Notes: a model not told the origin generated them from the letters alone. Positions 1 through 7,686 are shown, counted from the first letter of the stretch. The stretch: DNA of 7,778 bases from Salpingoeca rosetta (GCA_033442325.1 JAWQFM010000015.1:25029-32806), one strand, 5' to 3'. Program-made: numbers and translations.

Positions 1-1017
1 ACTCACTCACTGTGTGCCTGTGCATGTCACCATCCATACATACATACATGTGTGAGACAGAGAGAAGCAAGCAGCCACCACTACACATACACACACAGTG
101 TGAATCACAAGCAGACACAGCATGAACGACATGCACACAGTCACAGTCACACGCACATGCAAGTGCAACGCACCGTGAGGTGGCATCAGACTGCCTGTCA
201 GCGCGCGTGCATGTGTATTTACACACTCATGTGTGTGCGTCGATGCAGCCCATCATCCTCTCTGTGTGCGTGTGAGCCACATGCATCCACGGCAGCAGGA
301 GTGCGTGTGAGATCACAACACCCACAGCAGCCACATCGACCTCTCCACCCTCCTTCACAAACACACCCACACGCACCCCCACAGCAGTCAAACCAATTGA
401 CAGAACTCACCCAAGCTCACGGTGCCAGCGTGCCATGGGCCTGTGCAGCACATCTGTCAGTCTCACCGACCGTGGGCAACGTCTTGCATGCCTTTGGCCC
501 TGCACACATCCATGGTGTGGGCGCTGCTGTGCATGTTCTCTGCTTGCACCTGTTCACCATCACACCATCACCCACCACACCCCACACAGTCCATGGAACC
601 AAACGAAACCACCCACAACAGAACCGCCAGTGAGTGCCCGTCACAACGCGCACCCTCTCCCCCCTCTCCACCAACCCTGCGCCAGCCACGCACACGAACA
701 ACGCAACCTCCCACTCCCACACACACGCACACGCACCTTGATTCGCGTTTCGCCTGCTGCTTGTTGCTTGTTTGTTTGTGTTGGTCTTGTTGATTCGTGT
801 TTGGGCGATTTGTGGAAGATGCCACAAATAATCGCCCACTGCTGCGGTTGTGCGGCAACTGCTTTTTGCGTTTGCTTGTTGCAGGGCGGACTTGCTTGCT
901 TTGCTTGGTTGGTTGGTTGGTTGTTTGGTTTGAATGAGACAAGAAGGAGAAGAAGAAGAAGAGGGGGAACAGCACTGTGTGTGTGTGAATGCAACGCAGG
1001 TTCACAGGCCTTGCAAG
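1..1017 (-). other. Further minus-strand exon-like segments (spliced 3' UTR or the 5' part of another transcript), running off the left edge
   Basis: CAG acceptors at 1018-1020, 754-756, 550-552, 441-443 and 195-197; donors GTGCGT (731-736, 168-173), GTGAGA (461-466), GTGAGT (405-410, 1-6). No convincing reading frame. Confidence 0.35.
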
Positions 1018-1150
1018 CTGAGGAGGGAAGGGGAGAAGGGGAGAAGAAAGGGGGATGAAAAAGAAGAAACAACCAAACACAACATACACACACACACACA
1101 GCTGTGGACAGCATGCACCCTCCTCTCCTCCCCTTCTCTCTTCTTCGCTC

Positions 1151-1171
1151 CCTCCTCCTCCTCCTCCTCCT
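1151..1171. repeat. (CCT)7 repeat
   Basis: Read directly. Confidence 0.85.
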
Positions 1172-1333
1172 CACAGTCACAACAAACAACCAACAGCCAC
1201 AAAGGGCTGGAAGAGAAAACAAACAAGGGGGAGGGGGGCAACAGCCACCCAGCCAGATTGCCATGGAAGCAATAGGCGAGGCGATGGAGGGGGGAAAGGA
1301 GAACACCGTCCATCAACATACACGCACACACAT

Positions 1334-1387
1334 CTATTGGGAGCCCCACGTCTTGTGTCCTTGCTTCCCCTCTTCCTCTTCCTTGGC
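1334..1387 (-). pseudogene. Exon T, putative last coding exon (AKEEEEGKQGHKTWGSQ*)
   Basis: Acceptor ACCCAG; in phase with exon S; ends in TAG, the first non-TGA stop in the frame. Confidence 0.45.
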
Positions 1388-1706
1388 CTGGGTTGAGTTG
1401 GGTTGGTTGAGGTGGCACAGCTCGCCATGGCGTGTCATGCGTGGATGTGGGCATGGGTGTTGGATGTGGATGGGTTCCTCTGTGTGTGTGTGTGAAAAGG
1501 GGTTGGAGGGAAACAGTGGAAGGGTTGGCAGCAGCAGAGAGGAGGAGGAAGGAGACAAGGGAAGGGGGTGGATGTGAGCATGCCGTGCATGAATCGACAA
1601 CAACTATACATGGGCGTGCATTGGTGATGATGTGCTTGGTGTTGTGCGTTGTTGTGATGGCACAAGCACACGAAGGTCAATCACACAATCACGCACACAC
1701 ACACAC

Positions 1707-1730
1707 CTCGTCGTCGATCAACGCGTCTGC
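1707..1730 (-). pseudogene. Exon S (ADALIDDE)
   Basis: Acceptor TGTCAG; donor GAG|GTGTGT. If unspliced, the frame reads on to TGA at 1689-1691. Confidence 0.55.
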
Positions 1731-2009
1731 CTGACATATGCGCACACGCGCACGCACATCTGCAGTCACACACACATAGTCATGGCATTGCAGAGTGAGA
1801 TGGTGCACCATGCACACGCATACACAGCAATGCAAACACAACCACAACCAACAACGACAACATCTCTCCCTCATATCCATCCCCCAAATGCACGGTCACA
1901 TGGCCAGATACACAGCCGTGGTGGTGATGATGGCCATGATGAACACCTTCCTCCCACTTCCCCCCGAACCCCTTCCACCAAAAACACGCACACCATTGCG
2001 TGCCCTCAC

Positions 2010-2046
2010 CTCGTGCATCGTGTCGCTGTCGGCGTGATTGATGGCG
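2010..2046 (-). pseudogene. Exon R (AINHADSDTMHE)
   Basis: Acceptor GCGCAG; donor GAG|GTGAGG; CpG-rich and coding-like. Confidence 0.6.
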
Positions 2047-2516
2047 CTGCGCACACATGTACACGCACGCACGCACACATCGCTGTGTATGTGTCCCAGT
2101 TGAGATGAGCAACGGAGGGAGAGAGAGAAATGGGTGACACGACACGATGGCCAGTCAACCCCAGCCAATCCAATCCGGCATCCACCGCCGTGTGTTGCCT
2201 GCTGCAGTCATCATCACAACCACACAATCACAAGCACAGGTGCAAGGAAAAGGAATGAGCCGCTGATATGTGTGTGCCATTGTCATGCGATACCACCACC
2301 ACACGACATCACGTGCATGGATGTGCACACGCACTCCCCATCCCCCAACCAACATCATCGCCCTCTTATCACTTCCCTTCCCTCTCCCTCCTTTCGCTCT
2401 GCACTCCCACGTCGCACCACCACCATCACCGTGTCACTTCCCCCCTTCCCGCTTCCCACCGCTCGACACAACACAGCCCACCAACCAACCAACCCACCGC
2501 CAACGATCATCCTCAC

Positions 2517-2525
2517 CTGTGCTTG
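2517..2525 (-). pseudogene. Exon Q, 9-nt microexon
   Basis: CTGCAG|CAAGCACAG|GTGAGG. Confidence 0.4.
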
Positions 2526-2725
2526 CTGCAGCCAGCCAGCCAGCCGATGGGCCATAGCGAAGCCAGAAAAAGGGAACCGCAACCACATGCCACGGCCACC
2601 ATCATCATCGCTGATGGAGCAGAATGAGGAGATGAAGGGGGAAGAGCGGTGGGCACGGGCCGTGTCCTTCCTTGTCTTCACCGGTGCAGCCCCAAACACG
2701 GCGCACAGCGCACATGCACACGCAC

Positions 2726-2777
2726 GGCCATCATCACAGCAGCCACCAGCAGCAGCGAGCCAGCCTGCCCTGCGTGC
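2726..2777 (-). pseudogene. Exon P (TQGRLARCCWWLL**W)
   Basis: Acceptor TTCTTGCCTCACAG; donor GTGCGT. Confidence 0.5.
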
Positions 2778-2986
2778 CTGTGAGGCAAGAAGAAACCAAC
2801 CAGAGACGAACAACAATGACCGGCGATGGTGAGGACATGAAAGGAGGGACACAAGGGACCACGCATGGGAATATGCAGCATGATGTGGGCGGGTGCATCA
2901 CCTATACACAAGAACAACAAACCAAGCACCCAACAAGCAGGCAAGCAGGCACACCACATCCACCACATCCGCCACTGCTGAAATAC

Positions 2987-3044
2987 CTGTGTTGGCCGCA
3001 GTCTCAATCACGCCTCAACAGCTCCACATCACATGGGGGGAAGG
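2987..3044 (-). pseudogene. Exon O (PSPHVMWSC*GVIETAANT)
   Basis: Acceptor CGTCAG after a pyrimidine-rich 77-nt intron; donor CAG|GTATTT. Confidence 0.4.
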
Positions 3045-3121
3045 CTGACGATGATGATGACACAGAGCAAAGGCGATTGGTTGGGAAAGGAGGAAGGGGA
3101 TTCGGTTGGGGAAACCCGCAC

Positions 3122-3130
3122 AACGTCCGC
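3122..3130 (-). pseudogene. Exon N, 9-nt microexon (ADV)
   Basis: CTGCAG|GCGGACGTT|GTGCGG; CTCAC at 3163-3167. Confidence 0.4.
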
Positions 3131-3291
3131 CTGCAGCCACGCACGGACACGCACACGCACATGTGAGTTGTGTGATTGATTCATGTGAGACACACGTCAG
3201 TGCCACCACCCCACAGCCAATGTCTGCTTTGATGTGTTGGCATGCATGTGTACACGCGTGCGTATGTGTACTACCACCCCATCACCACACA

Positions 3292-3293
<2 letters not shown>

Positions 3294-3351
<58 letters not shown>
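3294..3351. repeat. (CA)29 microsatellite
   Basis: Perfect dinucleotide run, intronic, just after the exon M donor. Confidence 0.95.
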
Positions 3352-3352
<1 letters not shown>

Positions 3353-3366
3353 CCCCAGCGTCTCAC

Positions 3367-3452
3367 CTTGCGCCTTCTTTTCTCGCACATTTGTGTGTGC
3401 GTGTATCGCCCTGGTCGTGTCATGAGGGCCTGGGAAGAGAGCGGCCACTGTC
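3367..3452 (-). pseudogene. Exon M (QWPLSSQALMTRPGRYTHTQMCEKRRRK)
   Basis: Acceptor GCACAG; donor AAG|GTGAGA followed by (GT)29. Confidence 0.55.
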
Positions 3453-3705
3453 CTGTGCAAATCACACACATGCACACATGCGCAAACACAAACAACAAAA
3501 TCAGCAAGAATGACACCACGCAGTGAGCCAGCATGGCAGAAACAAACCACATCCACCTCCTTGTGCCACATTCACATCACCCACATCACCACATGTGCAC
3601 GCACATTTCACATCCCCACACAGACACCGCCACCATAAGCACCACCACAAGCACATCTGCACATGCGTGTGCGTGCACCGTCCACATCCACCACAAATCA
3701 CTCAC

Positions 3706-3759
3706 CACCATCATCGTCAACGTCACGCGAGGCAACGGCACATAGACGCACATCACACC
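3706..3759 (-). pseudogene. Exon L (CDVRLCAVASRDVDDDG)
   Basis: Acceptor GTACAG, CTCAC at 3786-3790, donor GTGAGT. Confidence 0.55.
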
Positions 3760-3956
3760 CTGTACGTGTGCGTGTGGAGAAAGAGGTGAGTTGTCACAGA
3801 ATCCGGCTTTCAACGACAACAACACCCGTTGCCAGCACCAACAGACCCAACAACATCCAACCAGCACTTCACAATCACACACCTACACATGCTGTTGTTC
3901 ACACCCAGCACATCACACACCACCCACGTCACCACCACCACCGCCATTCATCTCAC

Positions 3957-3982
3957 CTCCACATCCATGGTCGCAGCCGCTG
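3957..3982 (-). pseudogene. Exon K (23 or 26 nt, tandem CAGCAG acceptor)
   Basis: Acceptor AACAG|CAG|; donor GAG|GTGAGA. Confidence 0.5.
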
Positions 3983-4330
3983 CTGTTGGTGACCAATGAC
4001 GACGACGAGGAGGCGGGGATGGACGAGAGACAGAGGGTCAGTTCATCCAATGCAGCCAGACATCAGCAGCTGTGTTGGTGCTGCTGCTGGTGGTGGAAAC
4101 GGTGAAAACAAACGGCCCCTTGCCATGCCGTGTGTTTTGCTCGCTCGCTCGGCTGCTTGGCTGGTCGGTTGGATGGAGATGGAATGCATGGCCCCGTGTC
4201 CAAATCAATCAAAAAAAAGGGGGAGAAGAAGAAAAGACACATGAGTGGACAGAACAGACAAGGAAAGAGGGAGGAGAAGAATGAAACACAACATGTCAAC
4301 CACACACACACATCTCAGTCGCCCTCTCAC

Positions 4331-4392
4331 CTGCATCACTCGTCATCATCGTCATCGTCGTTGGTTCCACCGCTTCATGCGCCTCCTCAACG
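4331..4392 (-). pseudogene. Exon J (R*GGA*SGGTNDDDDDE*C; open as VEEAHEAVEPTTMTMMTSDA in another frame)
   Basis: Acceptor (CA)n-CCACAG; donor CAG|GTGAGA. Confidence 0.55.
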
Positions 4393-4576
4393 CTGTGGTG
4401 TGTGTGTGTGTGTGTGCACAGACACAAGAAGAGGAGAATGCAGGGGGGTGAGGTTGACAGCGAAGCATCATCAACCACATGTCCGCCCATCCAACCACCC
4501 GCATTGACACACACACACACGCACATGTTCTCCCCACTCACCAACACACACACACACACGCACGCACATTGCTCAC

Positions 4577-4697
4577 CTCTTCATCAGAGCGAGTGACATG
4601 TGCATTGTCTGCCTCACGCCAGATTGGAGCTGGTGTCGGCCGGAGTGTGATGGCGGCTGTGCGGTCGATGGCGATGGTGATGACGGTGGCAGCCGAG
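4577..4697 (-). CDS. Exon I (SAATVITIAIDRTAAITLRPTPAPIWREADNAHVTRSDEE)
   Basis: Long pyrimidine tract then TCTCAG acceptor; donor GAG|GTGAGC. Confidence 0.6.
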
Positions 4698-4930
4698 CTG
4701 AGATGGAAGAGGAGAGAAATGAGAGAGAAATGGGGAGGGTTGATGATGATGGGGTCGTTCATGGCGGCTACTTCCCCCTCCTCTGATGTGGCCCTGGTGC
4801 CCATGCAACCATCACACAACGACAAGACACAACGACATCATCACACACAAGGCACAGGTATGGCATGTCAGCACAGCAGACGTGTTCACCTTCCTGCTCC
4901 CTCCTCTGCTTCCCTTCTCCTCGCCCCACG

Positions 4931-4942
4931 ACACACACACAC

Positions 4943-4982
<40 letters not shown>
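4931..4982. repeat. (AC)26 microsatellite with one interruption
   Basis: Read directly; abuts the exon H donor. Confidence 0.95.
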
Positions 4983-4984
<2 letters not shown>

Positions 4985-4988
4985 GTAC

Positions 4989-5114
4989 CTGACTGCGTCG
5001 CTGTGGTTGGATGTGCCCACCATGACCATGGAGGTGTGTATCCACAGCTGCTCCTCCCATTCCATCATGTGTGCACCACCCATCATCCTCCAACGATCCT
5101 CAGGCAGTCGCCCC
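4989..5114 (-). CDS. Exon H (GRLPEDRWRMMGGAHMMEWEEQLWIHTSMVMVGTSNHSDAV)
   Basis: Acceptor CTGCAG; tandem in-frame donors CAG|GTACAG|GTGTGT, so the exon ends at 4989 or 4983. Confidence 0.5.
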
Positions 5115-5263
5115 CTGCAGCCACAAGCATACACACGCATGGCATGTGAGCTGCACAGCTACACTGTTGCACGAGACACAGCAGCAGCAACACCAAGCAC
5201 ACCCAAAGCAACAACAACAACACATGCACCATACGCCAACCAAAGCATGCATGATGGGCTCAC

Positions 5264-5390
5264 CTTGCTCGCATATGGGAACACTGCATGAGCACAGCAA
5301 CGGCAGCTGAATCAGGGGAGTTGCAGCAGCAGCAGCCGGCATGCGAGCCCGCTTCCATCAACATCCTGATGTGTGCTGGTACCTCACCAC
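5264..5390 (-). CDS. Exon G (GEVPAHIRMLMEAGSHAGCCCCNSPDSAAVAVLMQCSHMRA)
   Basis: Acceptor GCACAG; donor AAG|GTGAGC. Confidence 0.55.
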
Positions 5391-5596
5391 CTGTGCATGT
5401 GCGTGTGCGTATGTGCGTGGCTGCAGGGAACGTGGATGGGAACAAAACACAACAGGCACAGAGTAAGCCATCATGTCAGTACAGCAGAAAGAGTGATTGA
5501 TATCACACGCACCACGGGCGTGTGTGTGTGTATGTGAATGTGTGTGTGATCATCATCCCCCATCAACCCTTCTTCCACTTGTTCGCTTCACCACAT

Positions 5597-5597
<1 letters not shown>

Positions 5598-5677
<80 letters not shown>
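5598..5677. repeat. (CA)40 microsatellite
   Basis: Perfect run near the exon F donor. Confidence 0.95.
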
Positions 5678-5678
<1 letters not shown>

Positions 5679-5704
5679 CCAACCACTCATCACCACCCAC
5701 ATAC

Positions 5705-5746
5705 CATATGTGAGGCGAGTCAAGTATCCTCGACATTTCCCTCATC
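5705..5746 (-). CDS. Exon F, 42-nt frame-preserving exon with an in-frame TGA
   Basis: Acceptor CAGCAG; donor GTATGT followed by (GT)40; reads G*GKCRGYLTRLTY. Confidence 0.5.
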
Positions 5747-6136
5747 CTGCTGCTTGTGCGTGTGCATCGCCTGTAAGTGTTGTTGTGTGCGAGCACCAGC
5801 ATGGTGAGTGCGTGGGAGGGAGGAAGGGAGCATGAATATGTGCGCAGCTACACTGCTGCTGTCACTGCTGATGTCGTGCATGCGTGAAGGAAGACAAAGG
5901 GAAGAGAGAGAAAACAGAAAACAGAAGGGAAGGAACAAGACATGCTGCACCCCATCCATCCATCCATCCATCCCTCTTCCTCACACCACCACCACACACC
6001 ACCATCCTCTGTCACCAGCCAGCCACCACACCACACCATACTCACCCAGCATCCCCCACCCCACCTTATCCCATCCATCCAGCCATCCAGCCAACACACA
6101 TTTCCTCTCCGTTTCCCCTCTTCTTCTCACCCTCAC

Positions 6137-6352
6137 CTCTGCTGCTGCTGCTTCCCGCCGAAAATGCAACTTGTGCTGTCGCCACCTGTCGCCAGCCAGC
6201 TCCCGCATGCAGCATTGGGCGATGGGTTGGTTGGTTGGCTGGTTGGGGGATGTGTTCAGCGGCAAGCGGTGGTGGTGGTGCTGCTGCTGCATCGGCGGTG
6301 GAGGGTGTGTTGGCTGCTGCTGCTGTTGTTGTTGTTGTTGTTGTTGTGATGG
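6137..6352 (-). CDS. Exon E (Thr/Ala/Pro-rich; poly-Gln in the alternative frame)
   Basis: Pyrimidine tract then TGACAG acceptor; donor GTGAGG; 216 nt open. Shorter internal acceptors are possible. Confidence 0.5.
6314..6346. repeat. Compound (CTG)4(TTG)7 trinucleotide repeat, exonic
   Basis: Read directly, within exon E. Confidence 0.9.
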
Positions 6353-6620
6353 CTGTCAGGGAGGGCGAGAAAGAGAGGGAAGACGAACAGCGGCTGCAAG
6401 GTGGGGAATGTGCAGGTGTACAGGCAGTTGTGTGTGAGAACGACGAATGAGACAGCGCATCAAGCAAGGCAAAACAGGCAGCCGCACCACAACATACAAT
6501 GCACATTGATGTGGGACAACAAGGGGGAGAGACAGGAGCAACAAAGACAGCGAGCACAAAACACGCACACTGGTGCTGTGCGCATCACACACATGCATGC
6601 ATGTGCAGTGATGTACTCAC

Positions 6621-6691
6621 GTTGCTCATCGCTTGCTTGCTTGTTTGTGGTGTGAGTTGGTGTTGCTGCTTCCACAGCCGCACAAGCGTGG
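6621..6691 (-). CDS. Exon D (HACAAVEAATPTHTTNKQASDEQ)
   Basis: Consensus donor GTGAGT; acceptor ATCCAG is less certain. Confidence 0.5.
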
Positions 6692-6950
6692 CTGGATGGT
6701 CATCACATGGCAGGGCTCGTCTGTTCATCCCACCACAGCAGGGGTGGTTGGTGCAGGAGGGGGTGGGGTGATGGCTAAAGGCCCCGCTGTGCGGCGACAG
6801 CAGCAGAAGGCGGGAGAAACAAGGATGAAGGGCAGTGGTATTGGTGTTGGTGTTGAGAGTGGGAAGGGAAGGATGTGAGCAAACACACAAGAAAATGAGG
6901 AGGCGGTGATGATGGCGTGTGGGTGCGTGGAGAAGAGCACGTACACATAG

Positions 6951-6979
6951 ACACACACACACACACACACACACACACA
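6951..6979. repeat. (AC)14 microsatellite
   Basis: Read directly. Confidence 0.9.
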
Positions 6980-7070
6980 ACTGTCTGGGTGATGCAGTGG
7001 TTGGATCACCATTCATCCGTCAGCATGCAGTCATTTGTTGGTTGGTTGGTGGGGTCACCCACTGCCTCAC

Positions 7071-7085
7071 GCATCAGCCAGCACC

Positions 7086-7117
<32 letters not shown>

Positions 7118-7132
7118 ATGGAATCCATCCAT
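7071..7132 (-). CDS. Exon C (MDGFHHHHQQQQQQQQVLAD) with (CAT)4(CAG)8
   Basis: Acceptor GTGCAG, CTCAC at 7168-7172, donor GTGAGG. Confidence 0.55.
7085..7120. repeat. Compound (CTG)8(ATG)4 trinucleotide repeat, exonic
   Basis: Read directly, within exon C. Confidence 0.9.
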
Positions 7133-7240
7133 CTGCACGCACCACCACAAACAAGCAAGCAACAGCAGTGAGCAGCGTGAAACACAGGCAGAGAGGAGGA
7201 GAGAGGAAGGGGAGGAGCATGAGAAGAAACACAACCCGTG

Positions 7241-7266
7241 CACACACACACACACACACACACACA
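7241..7266. repeat. (CA)13 microsatellite
   Basis: Read directly. Confidence 0.9.
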
Positions 7267-7324
7267 TTGGCTGTGATGTTGGTTGATGTCATTTCTCTCT
7301 CTCTCTCATGTGTGTGCTGCTCAC

Positions 7325-7386
7325 TGGTTGAGAGGTTGCATGATCCATTCTCAAGGTGGCCGCTGCATGACGGTGGCTGATGGCAG
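7325..7386 (-). CDS. Exon B (AISHRHAAATLRMDHATSQP)
   Basis: Acceptor GAACAG, branch-like CTCAC at 7408-7412, donor GTGAGC. Confidence 0.55.
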
Positions 7387-7453
7387 CTGTTCTGTCACCA
7401 CACAACGGTGAGCAAGTGTGTGTGAGTGTGCATTTGTGAGCGCCACACGCAGT

Positions 7454-7454
<1 letters not shown>

Positions 7455-7502
<48 letters not shown>
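7455..7502. repeat. (GT)24 microsatellite
   Basis: Read directly. Confidence 0.95.
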
Positions 7503-7504
<2 letters not shown>

Positions 7505-7656
7505 CTGTGTGTGCACGATGACAGCGTGAACTGTGGTGTTGTTGTTGTTGATGGGGGTGGTTGTTTGCTTCTGTGCGCAGTGTGCAAGGAGAAGAAGGGG
7601 AAGGGGAGGAGCACGAAGTGGGTGGAAGGAGTGAGTGCACTCAATCTCACCCTCAC

Positions 7657-7686
7657 CTGTCGATGGATGGGTCATTCATGTGGTCG
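7657..7686 (-). CDS. Exon A (30 nt; candidate ATG at 7675)
   Basis: Acceptor AACCAG and donor GTGAGG. The acceptor implies the transcript may begin beyond the right edge. Confidence 0.45.

Larger units (their letters stand above)
1334..7675 (-). pseudogene. 20-exon gene or pseudogene for a low-complexity hypothetical protein (438 codons plus stop) with 7 in-frame TGA codons
   Basis: Hand-assembled exons, each following CAG and followed by GT: 7675-7657, 7386-7325, 7132-7071, 6691-6621, 6352-6137, 5746-5705, 5390-5264, 5114-4989, 4697-4577, 4392-4331, 3982-3957, 3759-3706, 3452-3367, 3130-3122, 3044-2987, 2777-2726, 2525-2517, 2046-2010, 1730-1707, 1387-1334. The first exon's CAG acceptor is at 7687-7689, upstream of the ATG; the last exon ends at TAG. 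Translation runs MTHPSTAAISHRHAAATLRMDHATSQPMDGFHHHHQQQQQQQQVLADA...PKHSAINHADSDTMHEADALIDDEAKEEEEGKQGHKTWGSQ*. Exon structure is better supported than the frame or start codon. Confidence 0.55.

Noticed and set aside
2726-2986. VFQQW...HAGQAGSLLLVAAVMMA resembles TM1 of Ctr copper transporters
   Set aside because: It needs weak splice sites, and no MxxxM or GxxxG helices follow.
4640-4735. FSLISLLFHLSSAATVITIAIDRTAAITLRP resembles class A GPCR TM3 with a DRY-like motif
   Set aside because: The first half is the intron's polypyrimidine tract, and no other transmembrane helices or GPCR motifs occur in neighbouring exons.
3294-5677. Recurring CA tracts as a CRISPR-like or satellite array
   Set aside because: These are simple microsatellites of variable length and spacing with no conserved repeat-spacer unit.
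4331-7386. Three exons of exactly 62 nt (B, C, J) suggesting exon duplication
   Set aside because: They share no visible sequence similarity and phases differ (1-0 versus 0-2), so coincidence is likely.
3163-7412. Plus-strand GTGAG words (3163, 3786, 4448, 5804, 7168, 7408) that look like donors of a plus-strand gene
   Set aside because: Each lies about 20-55 nt upstream of a minus-strand CAG, consistent with CTCAC branch points. I could not build a plus-strand exon chain.
52-7640. Many His-Thr (HTHT) and Cys-Val (CVCV) ORFs in the six-frame track, including the 270-aa ORF at 4479-5291
   Set aside because: They are translations of CA/GT microsatellites. The scarcity of TpA makes long spurious ORFs common.
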